Source: Selaginella moellendorffii
Taxonomy: Eukaryota > Plantae > Lycopodiophyta
NCBI RefSeq assembly: GCF_000143415.4
Contig: NW_003314310.1
Coordinates: forward strand, 1,417,081-1,475,004
Length of the DNA: 57,924 nt
Direction of reading: 5' to 3'
Below the pieces are notes generated by a model. It was not told the DNA's origin. It did not search any database and saw only the letters and a list, made by a program, of their open reading frames with translations. The position numbers were made by a program, and so were the translations under genes. Position 1 is the first letter of the stretch. Every line of letters begins with the position of its first letter. Positions 25,270 to 37,700 of this stretch are shown in pieces.

Positions 25270-27253
25270 TTTGGTATTTGGACTCCGTTTGGCTTTGTTT
25301 TGCATGTTGGTCTTGGCATTGGGATGTTGGATACTCTAAGACTAATCCAAGTTGCTCTGTGCTCTTGTCCCTTCGCTCTTTAGGCTGTATGCTCGGGAGT
25401 CATTTTGTGTTGCTCTAGTGCCATCGCTCCTTGGCTCCATGCTTAGGAGTTTGGCACCATTTCTTCATTCAGTGGTCCAAAGCCCTGAAACTCGAGTTCG
25501 ACACCACTGTCCTTTGGACACATGGCATGTGACTGGCATTTGACATGTGGCATATAGAACATTTAGGTTTTGCTTCATGGTTATCCTATGGTAAATCACT
25601 ATAGGATAAAGGGTGAAAACCATATGTGCTACAGGAAGCATAGTTCTAAAGGGCAAAGGTAGCCCATGTGGAACAAAGGATAATTAAGTTTCAGAGCAAC
25701 ACTTGCAAAGATGGTTCTTGTGAATAGGACATGAATACATGAAGTTGTATTCCAACGAGATGGCATCTCAAAAGGAACCATAAGGCTTAGACCTTATAGG
25801 TTGTCAGATTAGCAAGTCCAAAAGCTAAATAACTCTGTGGAGTTAAGGAATGGTTCTAAAAGATTAGTGGGAATACATGGACTGACGTGTGTTGTACCCT
25901 ACAAAAGACTAAGAAGATCATGAGATCTAAATATCAAAAGTGGATATTTCATTGATGGTAGAACATGCTATACTAAAGTTGAGGAAATGTGTTTACAGAA
26001 GAAAACAATTTTGGCAAGGAGTTGTATGTGAACATTATATTGTAGTGCTAACTAATAGTTGGTATAAGTAATGACTACTATTGTCTTGGCAAAGACTTGA
26101 CACAAGGGAGAAGTGTCGTAAGAGTAGGTTCATAGAGTCGATGGTGGGAAGACATCAAATGTTTTAGGGTGTGATGTCTTGAGGTCAAGTTAATTGGTTC
26201 ATAAGAACCCTTTGCCAAAGGAATCCCAATGGAAATGGGATTGGTATAGCCTAAAGTGGAAAGCATGCAATTTGAGTGTAGTGACCTAAATAATGATGGA
26301 GGTGTGAAAGCATTAGTAATGAATTGTAAGACTTGACAATTATAAGACAAATAAGCAAAAGGTGCAATATAATTGATTAAATTGGTGGAAATAAACTTCC
26401 CAAGATTTCTTATTGGGATAAAGAGGTTAAATATATCCCTTGGGGGGATAAATTGTTTATGTTACAATATAGTGAGTCAATGTTGTAAAAGAAAATGCTT
26501 ATTATCAAATAAGGCCATCATTAGGACATCTAAACACTCTACAACACTAGAAAATGGTGTTTGGCATCATGAGGATATTAGATAAAATTCAAGAGACTAA
26601 GCCTCTGGCTATTTAATATCTAAGGTTGTGGAGATGGGCAAAATTTATTTATTCGAATTGGACAAAGCCAAAAGAGATTTTGGCAAGGCTAGTGACAGAC
26701 ATACAAAGGCACATGAGTAACAACGATAATCCTCGTGTATGAGATTGCAAGGTGAGTATATCCAAATTGAAGACCCACTCCCTAGATTATCAGGTAAATT
26801 TATCTTAAAAAATACTTGCTAAAGCATGGTAGAAAGTGCAAAGCTATCCTCCTAGCCTAGAGAAGAATAATCAAGGGAACATATGGGGCCGAAAGCAAAT
26901 AGTAAAGGGATAGAACCAAACTATAAGAATCGAAGGGCATAACCAAGAGTAGTTATGCAAGTTAGGAGTAGAGAATCAAGTGGGTGCTTAAAGGTGTTAC
27001 TATTGGCAACTGTGGTGTCGTAGTGAGTTTAAAAGTATGGAATTACCTATATTAAACCATATGGTAGTTAGGAAGTTTGTGAAAGAGGAAGCTTTAACAA
27101 GCTAAGAGATAGAGTCCCTACAATATTCCCAAGGAGAATTTTGGTTTAGTACCTAAAAAACTAAGTGTAAATGGTTTACAAAAATGCACAAAATCAGAGT
27201 GGCATAGCAGAAATGTGATTTTCAAGCTTTCCATATGATGAGGATATCAAAGG

Positions 27254-27345
27254 TGTAAGCGACTAAATTTGGACTTCCCAGGAGGTCACCCAGCCCAGTA
27301 CTATTCAAACCCAAGGACGTTTAACCCCAAATATCCCAAAACCTT
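27254..27345 (-). mobile_element. Second Cassandra-like LTR fragment (3' half) with 5S segment
   Basis: Reverse complement GGTTTTGGGATATTTGGGGTTAAACGTCCTTGGGTTTGAATAGTACTGGGCTGGGTGACCTCCTGGGAAGTCCAAATTTAGTCGCTTACA is nearly identical to 25179-25269. Confidence 0.85.
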
Positions 27346-28229
27346 TGGGGAAATGGTTCTTGAGTGTTCAAAGAGTTGGGTTTGAATGAAAGCCAATGTT
27401 TGAGGGCTTTTACGTTTATGCATAGAACCATATTATGTTGGTTATGTGACTTGCTAAGTGGAATTAACAAGTCAAAGGAACAAAGACCTTAATTGAAGGT
27501 GTTGACTTCAAAAGGAGTGGTTTATAGGCCACGTATGGAGGAGTCCATACATGATCATAGGCTGATTAACTAACTTGTCAAATCAGAGGACTTAGAAGCT
27601 CGAAGGAATTAAGTTCATAAGCTGTGATCTGTAACACGTATTGGGTATAATTTGCATTGGCATAGGGAGTCATACTAAGTATTCTTGGTGATGCCGCCTA
27701 TAGATGCATATGTGGAGGTTGGGTTCGAATCCCAACTCTCTAGTGTTTGGGTTCGAGTCCTAACTCACTAGGGCATAGTGATAGTTTAGAATATAAGGAC
27801 ACCCATTTTTCGATGGTCACAGACTCTCAATAAAGAGGTTGACTTGGGCACACTACCAAATGGGGAATGCCCCAGAGTTGTGATGCACGGTTAAATTTCT
27901 TAGTGTGAAAGTTCAACATATCTAACTTGAATACTCTTGTGCAAGTGGCATTGAGGATGTGGTGAATGAGATGAGGACACCCAATCTCAGTTGTTATGGA
28001 CCCTTAGCCGAAAGGGCTAACTTGGGCACACTAAATGTGGGGGATGCCCTCGGGGTTATGGTCAACAATTTAAAAGTTTGAAAGACTTGGTACCTATTGG
28101 CAAACCTATTAAAATATTAAGGTGAAATCATTAGGTGATTGTGAAACATAGATCCCTAAGCCCCAAAGTGGAGTAGAAAGGGTGCCACATGGTAGTGGTC
28201 GAAGTGGAAATTCAACAAGCATATGATAA

Positions 28230-30490
28230 GGCTTTTTCTGTCTGTACTTGTATTCTTGCCCCTTCTTGCAAAATATTAACAAATCCTTTGAATGAGATAT
28301 TAGAGGTGAACTGAGTTATATTTATTTGTCATCCAATCTCTATAGCTTTCAATAGGCAGGTTATCTTGATGCTAGCATTTTACACAACCATCCTCCCATC
28401 AATGATGGCACACAACACTTTAAACCTAGCATGATAGTTAGACTCCAAATGTGTAGTTTGGGAGGATGTATTGTTCAGGTATGCGATCCTTCTTGCTTAT
28501 TGTGATTATTTTGTTCTCGTTGTCTAGGCAAAAAATTTGAGCAAACTGGGTGAGTCCAAAGGGATGGACTTGCCTATAAAAAAGAAAAACAAGCTTTTTT
28601 GGGTAGCACTTCTGCATAAGCTCAATCCCTTTCTTGACCGTTATTTCTTCTTTGAGTAGTTTTGCATAAGTGAGTAATTGAAAGGCATTAATCCAAAATT
28701 TGTCATAAGGAGAAAGTATAAACTCCCTAGACAGCTTTACTTGGCCATAATCTAGCTCCTTGTCATCGGACAAAATTTCCTCCACATACTCATCTTGCCT
28801 AGGCATTTTTGCCGTCCATGGAGATTAATAGGTAAAACACTTGGCATTAGGCAACTAGGAGATGTAGTGTGGTGCCAACGGAAGTGCCCAAGAGAGATAT
28901 TCTGTTGATGGTGCAAGAGTGGAATCGATAGCTTATGGTGGTGACATGAAGACAAAATCATTCTGCCTAATTGAGAGTGTGCTCGACCCAATATGTGGCA
29001 ATGATAGCATTTACTCTTGCATAGCTCTAGGCGGCATTTACATTGCTTTGGAGTTAAGTCTGGAGTGTTGGCGCATCTTAGCGAAGGTGTAGGCATAGAG
29101 TAAGTGAGAGGGAAAGAGCAAGAGAACAAAAGAAACTCCTTAGCCACCTCCAAATTACTTAAGTCACCTTGCCTTACTACATTAGCTCTAAGTTTTGTCC
29201 TCTTGCCTTTATTTACTTTTGTATACAAAAGTATTTTGAATTTTTTTTCCCTTGTTGGCCTAGTAATTTCTACTCATTATTCTTCATAGTTTGTTGGTAG
29301 AGTTTATAAAATGGGGCAAGAAAAATGTAAGCATTACTCTTAGAGTATGCGCCCCTTCTTAACAAATAAACAAAGACAAGAATGCAGGAGAAAAGAAGAA
29401 GAATAGAATATTGAGAATAGAAGAATGACAGAATAGAACTCAGCCTTGAACCCAAAAGGCATGAATAAAGATAAGCATATATCATTCTTTCAACTCTATT
29501 TTGCATAAACAATCATAGGTGGGAGAAAAAATGGTTAATTCAATGCAAATGCATACAACAATGAGTGGGGGTTGTTTTCTAGCACATTTAACTGTTATTT
29601 ATATATTACATGATTTTATAACTGTTCCTAATTGCTTCATGTTTGTCTAGGTCGAGTCTTTCTTCTTTGGATGCTTAAGCTTAAGCATAACTTCATTTTG
29701 CTTAAGCTTTCTTCTTTTGTTTTGCTTGGGATGATACACAAGATAAAAATATTTATCATTTTATCACTTCCCTATGACAAAGCTACTACCAGTCTTCAAG
29801 CAATCAGATTCTCCAAATCCTGCTCTAGATTGTTGAGCTTGATTTTCATAGTGACAAGCTCAATGCTTCGACATAGATCGTCAAGTTCCTAATGCATGAT
29901 CTGATTCTCCTGGTTAAGCATAATGATGCACTGGTCTTGGTAGCTAATACATGGATGTGGAAGTCAAGATTGCACTCTTAAGCTCTTGGATTAAGTGGCA
30001 CTGATGATTGTTCTTGCCCATGACTACATTCACTTTCTTGGTGATTGTTTTGAGATAGTTCAAGACTTGCACATGGTACTTTGTAGTTTTGTTATCTTCT
30101 ACTAGCCACATCGGCTTGTCAACTAGCTGCTTGGAGAATTTTCCTTGCTTAAATTTATATTATCAAGATTCTACTCCACTTCCACATCCTTTGTTATCTC
30201 CTTTTCTTTTCCTTTAAGGTTTGTATTGCCTGGAGAAAATTTTTATAGACCATACTAGCCAAATTTTGAGGAAAGGCCTGCTTCAAACAAAGAAATATCT
30301 ATCCAATTTATCTCTTGATTTCTTTCTTTGGAACTTCCCTATTAAAGAAAACACTCAAATATATGAGGGTTTCTCTAACATATATATAAATCATTAGTAT
30401 AATGAGATTTTGATACCTGTCAAATTGGTTTCAATTTGGACTACTCACTCTTGTATATAAGCTAGGCTTTTTGGGCTAATTGATATGCAT
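28230..30490 (-). mobile_element. Unclassified decayed element with ORF remnants
   Basis: A 122-aa ORF (28438-28806) and a zinc-knuckle-like CYHCHILG near 29000. The boundary at 30394-30492 is shared with 5512-5605. Confidence 0.3.
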
Positions 30491-30949
30491 ATAAGTATTT
30501 TATTGAATTGATACTATATTAATGAAATTATATAAACTTACTTTATTTTAAAAACTTGGTATCAAATAGAGTAAAATACATACTTTAGAGTAAAAAGTAA
30601 ATAGCTCTAGATTTTAATAGATATAGCTTTTTTTTCTTAAATTACTTTTACATTATGCTATTGTATATATTAATATAATTATAAGTGAAATTAATTACAT
30701 TGAGTTTTCGGTTGGCCTAGATATAGTTAGATATAGTTTAAGATTAGTGAACCATCATAAAGTAATAATATTTATATTAATAAAATATAGTAATAATCAT
30801 GTGATTGCAACAATGAAAGCAAATTATGCAATGCCACACAAACCAATAAGCACTAATTTGTAATAATAATATTGAAGATAAATATACAAAATTTAATGTA
30901 TGTAGTTGATAATAATGTGTACAAAAATCAAGCTAATAGGTTATATTAT

Positions 30950-31800
30950 TTTTAATATTCTCAAATCTTAAAAAGATTATAATTTTAAACAAGAGTGTAA
31001 TTAATAATATTAATTATATAATTATTACTAAAATAGATGGAATAGTGATTACATTTACTCAAAAGATGAAGCCTTAAAGATAAACTTGGAGTAAAGGTAA
31101 TTAAGATTTAATATTTTACTAAGATAGTTTCAAATTAATTAAACTTCATGTGATATTTAATATTGCATATGAAAAAAAGAGTATTTAGATTATTTGATAC
31201 TATGTTATTAAAATTATATATACTTACTTTTATTATACAAATGGTATGCAGCGGTATAATAATTAAAGTAAAAATTAAATAAATAGTGAATAAAGAAAAA
31301 GATTTATTCCATGACATAAAATAAGGAGTTGAATAGCTTCAGCTATTTTTCTTGTATATTTCTTTATGTTTTTTTTAATAATCTTATGGTACTTATTAAT
31401 ACATTCATCAGTAAAATTAATCACATTTAGTTGTGAGTAGGCTGAGAATTCATATTTGTGCAATAACTTATAATTTTAACACATTTTTAAGATTTAATAT
31501 TATATACATTGATATATGAAAAACATAATATTGTATAAACATGATTTTGAAAGCACTAGCACAAGAATCACACAATAAAACAAGCTATAATTTAAAGAAA
31601 TATGATTTATCATCCTAAAAGGATGAGAAACTAAATTCCATGACAAAGTTCATATTTTTTAATATAGTTCAAGTTTGTCCTAAATCCATATATTTTTAAA
31701 ACATTAGATTTTAATGTACTTGAGGAAAAATTATGAGGTAGGATGAATATTCATGTAAGAATAAGTTTTATCCACTTATATGAAGATTTTAAATAAAAGA
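30950..31800 (-). pseudogene. Third copy of the AT-rich orphan ORF family
   Basis: Minus-strand translation gives DDKSYFFKL*LVLLCDSCASA (~31555-31615), NVINFTDECINKYH (ORF 31275-31463) and NIVSNNLNTLFF (ORF 31135-31317), collinear with 221-730. Confidence 0.65.
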
Positions 31801-32050
31801 AAATATTATTTATTAATTTCAAAATTGAAGTAAAATTTTAAATTATTACATTATACTTTTAGTTCTAATGAGTTTTAAAGTATAATAGAAGCATCAATAT
31901 CAGATATCAGATTCCAAATATCTATAATCTCTTATGGTGGAATCTTAAAAAAATCATTGTTATTAGAGAGTAGATACACAATGTTTTTATATACTAAACA
32001 CAAAAAACTTTATGAGGATTTAAAATATAGATCATATTTTAAATTTTAAA

Positions 32051-32150
32051 NNNNNNNNNNNNNNNNNNNNNNNNNNNNNNNNNNNNNNNNNNNNNNNNNN
32101 NNNNNNNNNNNNNNNNNNNNNNNNNNNNNNNNNNNNNNNNNNNNNNNNNN
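32051..32150. other. Assembly gap (100 N)
   Basis: Run of N. Confidence 1.
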
Positions 32151-32974
32151 GGCATTGTAGCCATACACTTGAATCCAAAGATTGTGGTGGAGAAGGGTTG
32201 ATAATGGAAGAAGGCTATAAAGTTGACAGATTCTAGAGCATAGATGCAGTGATGGGTATTATAATCTTTTGGCTTGTTTTCTTGTTTTCATTTGAGTATA
32301 GGCAATATTAAAGGGGAAACAAGTCATCTTTCATTAATGTGGAGGTTATTCTTGCATTCCATTAACAATGGAGCGGAGCCTTTCTCTTCAATAAGTAGCC
32401 GTATTTTTTAATACAAAACTAAAAAGATGAAAAATAAGTGCTCAAGAATTCCTTCACCAAAGTTCTCAAAGTTATTTTTTAAGAGCTAGATTGTATCATT
32501 TAGTCATTTTCATTGTATTCATTTTCTACTCAATGGTGCAAAGTTTGTAGCACTTTCTTAAATTCCTGCTGTAAAAATCTTGGATTTATACTAAACCAAG
32601 AAGATTATAATCACTTGATACTTGGAAGAGCTAGCAGCAGTGAATATTATTTGTTTATTTGCGAAGGTTGTCCCTACTTTAAACACGTCTTGAGTAAGCA
32701 CACCATTCCCAGCATTGGCATTTCTAAGCTTTGAAACCTCTGGAAGTGGATGTGGCTCTAGTTGTATTATTCTTGTTAATCCTTATGTAACTTAGAGCTT
32801 CTCCTTTTCTCATACAGGTTGAAATCCCTCTTGTTGAAAAAAAAATCCAGTGCAAGATGTTCCAGATGGGAGAATTCATGGTTTGGCATGATTGATCCAG
32901 AAAATTGATGTGGCATAAATCAGCTGACACTCACTCTGGATGATTTAACGTGGCTGACAAGAAAATTTAACCAA

Positions 32975-33010
<36 letters not shown>

Positions 33011-33028
33011 AATAATAATAATAATAAT
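32975..33028 (+). repeat. Compound microsatellite (GAT)12(AAT)6
   Basis: Directly visible. Confidence 0.97.
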
Positions 33029-34762
33029 GCCAGATATCTGTCCGCTCAAGCTTTTGATTGACTGTGATCTGGTGGAGAGCTATACAAATCAATCATATTC
33101 TCATGGCATGTGTCCAAAATATCGCTAACACTGGAAACTAAAAAGAAGGGAAAAGTAAGAAATTAATTTAATCTAAGTTTACCCCATAAAGATAGAAAAT
33201 GGGGTGCTTACTTACCTTAACCTCACTGGTGATTTCACTTTACTTGACAAGCCGTGCTCCATTACAGAAATCTATGAGGCAGCAGGAGAAAGGATTTCTA
33301 GACGATTCTCCATTTCTTTACTTTGAGACTTTTTCCAAGATTTCTGAAATGTTAGACTAGAAACTAAGTCAATAACTTACAAGAAGAGTGATGGCGATAT
33401 AGATCAAGCATAGTCAGAAGGAATGCCACTTGTTTAAAGCAGCTTGAACATCGCAATCTGCTCCTCTAGGATCTGCTTGGATCATACCTCGGATTGCTCC
33501 AGCGCCTCTAATAGATTCATTGCATCTCCCCTTGGAAAAGTTCAAATGGAAAAATTCAAATGAACAAGCCAGTATCTAGAACTAGTTCCTGGAAAAAAAC
33601 TTAAGAGTATGTTTGTTTTTCCCATTTTTATTTTGTTCATTCAAATTTAGTGAGTTTGGGGAGGGCATCCCTCTCCTTAACAAAACTACTGGAGGGATAG
33701 TTCCCTGTCCCCGGTGTTAATCTCGCCAAAGCAGGGTTACTCTCGCACTTTGCACTAGGTGGTGTTAATCTCGCTGGACGCGGGGTTATAAAGTTTTAGG
33801 TGGTCCTTTAGATGAGAATTGACGTCCAAACACCTCTTTCTCCCTTGAAATCTCTCACACCTTGCAGCTGGAATTGCCATGGTTTGTGAGAAAGAAGATG
33901 ATGTAAGTGACACATGGACCAATGGGTGAATTTGCCATTTTTCACTTTATGGCTTGGACGTACTCATATTAGTTGAAATCATCTATTCAGAAAATTCTTA
34001 TATACTGTCACTGTAATAAAGTTCAAAATTCAGTGTTAGCTTTTCCTTTGAAATGAGCGTTGTATTGCGTGTTCAAAGGCTTTATTCGTGAGGTTTTGGA
34101 CAGAACACATTGGTGATCTTCGTCATGCCCAAAGCTATAGTAAACCTACTCTAGAAGCTGCGAGTTGAGCTATTGAATTTTGCTGGAGGTCTACTAATAT
34201 TGTTTCTTGTGCAGTGGCATAAAAATCCTTTTGTAGATACCTGAATGAAAAAGGAATGCTGCTCTTTCTTATGTGGCTCCTTTTCCTCGTTTCACTTTGG
34301 AAAAGGGGAAGAGCACTTCTGTTCTTGAGCTGCTGGATCTTTATTCTGACTCATAGAGTAGCAGTAGAATCAAGGGCTATTTTTTTGGTTTTTGGTAACA
34401 ACATTGTTTTGGCATGGTTAAGGTGTAAGCAATTGAAGCTTGGTTATTGCAGCTTGCATGTTACTAATTTCTTAAATTGAATTTATTTTTCTCCATCCTT
34501 CTAAATACAGAGGTTGATAATCAAAATTTCTACTCCCACCAGCAGAGTTGGGTTCTCAGCTACTTTGTCCTAAACATATTGGATAGAAAGAGAAAAAATA
34601 TTGTGTGACAGATTTTTATTGAGGCTCTGACCTTAACGCCCTCTTCTTCTGCTTATATCTCTTAAGCACTCTCTATACCTCACAGGTTTACCTGAAAAGA
34701 ATCATAATTTTATGATCATCATATGTAGAAGTTTCTCTTGGAGCTACGATAGCTTTTCTGAG

Positions 34763-37700
34763 TTACTTGGAAATCATATCCTCTTGAAATATTGAATCAT
34801 TTATTCCTAGGGCCTGAAGAAAACCATTATTAGTTAGCTTGCACATACAATTAAATTCTCACATTGTAAACGTTGTCGATTATCTGTTTATCCACATAAA
34901 AATCAATGGCAATATGTCTTTGTTTCATTTTTAGTATCAAATCGTAGGCCTGCACTTAAAAGTCTTAATGTGGCACTTTTTTAATTTTCAGTAGACTTTA
35001 CATGTGTCATATTGCCTTCACTGACATAGAACTCCACCAGAAGGGCATACACGTCCCCTATGCGAACAGCAGTATCCTAAAATTGTATTCAAAGTTTGTA
35101 TAAAGACAAACACCATTTTACCTTGTTGCAGNNNNNNNNNNNNNNNNNNNNNNNNNNNNNNNNNNNNNNNNNNNNNNNNNNNNNNNNNNNNNNNNNNNNN
35201 NNNNNNNNNNNNNNNNNNNNNNNNNNNNNNNTGATTTGATCAAGCCTGTACGAGCGAGTGCGTTATGCCAATTATTTTAACTAAATTTTTGTTACCTTCA
35301 TTGCTTTTACGCTCTCACCAGCATGACTGTACTTCTTGCATGCAAGGTGATAAAGCCCTTGAGCATCGCAGCACTCTGCTAGAGTTAAAATCGTTTGCTT
35401 GTAATGTCCAGAATCACTATGTGACGACTTTGCACTAAAATGCTCCGCAATTTTGTCCGTGACAGTGGCTCCCTTGATACACTATAACAAACCAGTTATC
35501 CACCATATGGCGAAAAGTCACAAAAGCTTACGTGTTCTAGAGCACGATCGTGTTCTTTTGCGGCAATATAAAGAATAACTGCTTTCTCAACCTGATTATT
35601 TGACATAAGATAATCTCCGCACCTGTGAAAGTGGCAACCAAAACCAAAGTTTAGTAGTAAATATTATTTCAACACCTTGCAAGAAGAGCTGGATCGGCAC
35701 TTTCGTCAAGGTCATCAGCAATTGACTGTAACGCATCAAATAAATGTAAGCATATACAAATATCAACAGCTTTTTTATATTCGCCACCCTGTAATATACA
35801 CAAAGATGTCTATGAATGACAAATGCACTTCCAAACCTTCTGATACAGCAAAACAGCCTCTTCGTGCATTCCTTTGTTTTCATAGTATCTTCCAGAGCGA
35901 ACCATTAAATCTTTAGAGCTCTGCAGTTAGAATTTGGAAGGGTTAATTAATGACAGCAGTAATTTACCTGCAGTGAAAGGGAAAGAAGTTCGTTGTCGAA
36001 CCCATGCTCCATGGCTAAGTTTGCTGCATAACAAAATTTACCTGCTCTTGAAAATAGTTGGATGGCCTCTTCAATGCTTTCATTTCGTTTAAGCTGTGAG
36101 AAGAACAAGTATGAAGTAAATAAAGGGAATGCTGGTACCTCACGTGCAATCTGAAACATTGCAGGTTTATCATTGAAACTTAAAGCAGCGTCTGCAGCCG
36201 CTTTATAGTCACTGAAATAGCAGTGAACCCGGACAACAGATGCAATGTCTCCAGCCTAAAATATGGAAAATTTGAAAAACGGAAGGGAAAGAGGGACATC
36301 ATACAGCTGTATAATATTCAATGGCTTTGGAAAAGTTGTCATTGACTTCACAAAAATGTGCCCACCATTGTTGTAGTGAAGAGTCTTTGATACGTTTAAC
36401 ATATAATTCAAGCTCTTCTAACAGTTGAAGGGAGAACAACATACGAGGAACCTCATATCTGCAATCAGGGTCATTTTAAAACCCATACAATCTAGACAAA
36501 ACCTGTGTGTGTCTGAAAGCTCGTAATGTTTTATTGCTCCTTTTATATCATTCATGCTTTCTAAGTACTTTGCGTACGCATGATGTGTGGGTTTTAAATG
36601 CAAAAAGTCGTGACTAGAAGCAAGTTGCAATGACTTCTCCCAGTTTAAACATGTCTGCTGCAAGTGAATCTATTATCGGTGAATAAAACTTGATTTAAAC
36701 CTGATAAAAGAAATTCAAAAGGTCGTAGCGTTGAAAGCGTTTGTACATGATCTCTACATCATCAAGGAGCCCAAGCCTTGTTGCCACACAGGCCAAATTT
36801 TGCAATTCATCCTAAAAAAAACGTCATTCAGCCTAAACAGATGAGAATACTGACCTCCGTCCATCTGGGCAGCATACTTGCTTCTATCTTTGCCACACAA
36901 TAAAGTGCAGGCTCGAGAACCTTGGACTTTGTGTAAAAGCGCGCTAGGCTCTTACAAATGGATTTATCTTCTATGCAGTCAATTGCTTCTTCTGCTTCTC
37001 TGGTTTCACCACAGGCAATATTATAAAGCAATTTTTGTAGTCTATCTCTCACTTGATTATCCAGGTCCACCTGTCGGGAGTGAGAATAAAAAATTGTATA
37101 GTGGCTTCATCTTTACCATCTCTTGAAAGAACGGCATAGGTATCCTTTGATATAATTTTTCTACGTGATCTTCAATATTGAGATCAGAACTGGTCAGATA
37201 CATATAAGGAGAGAATAGTCCCAACAATTCGCTTTTACTGTCGAGGCTTATCTAAAGACTATAATTAATATTAATTGGTCATACTTATAGACTTACTTGG
37301 CATTGAGAGAGTATGCCCCGCTCTGAAGATACAGATAGGATGTTCAATTCCTGCAAGTTTTCTTCGAAATTCTGCAAGAAAAAAAGATTAAATACTATAC
37401 AGAGAAACTACTAACTACCATTGTTTCACATGCAAGTAAATTGGGATCTTCCATGTCCCAGAAATGCGTCACAGGCAGTGCTCTTGATGATCTCATTGAA
37501 ACACTAGTTTACAAGACAAGAATAGAAATACCTGAGGTCATAACTAATAACTATGTCGAGAGATGTGTCGTAGACATATATATGCACATCAAGGTCTGTT
37601 TTTTTCAGTATAAGGCTTAGTTTGCTTCCATTGCAGTTACACCTAAGTGAAACATAGGGGATATTTTGAATAGCCTAGATGAAGTGTCAGCGGATGGTAG

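Larger units (their letters stand above)
13870..25633 (+). mobile_element. LTR retrotransposon, family A outer copy, with nested insertions; no intact gag-pol seen (LARD-like or decayed)
   Basis: 5' LTR 13870-15014 (TGTCCCG...GCTACA), degenerate Met PBS TGGTATTAAAG at 15017, and a 5'-truncated 3' LTR ~24560-25633. Identical 5-bp flanks GGAAG at 13865-13869 and 25634-25638 (TSD). Confidence 0.85.

Noticed and set aside
27716-27775. tRNA gene
   Set aside because: T-loop/B-box motif only, with no acceptor stem, D arm or anticodon arm.
33040-33600. Additional 3' exons of IFT140
   Set aside because: IFT140 homology ends at the stop near 34763. These exon-like pieces contain stops and are unassignable.
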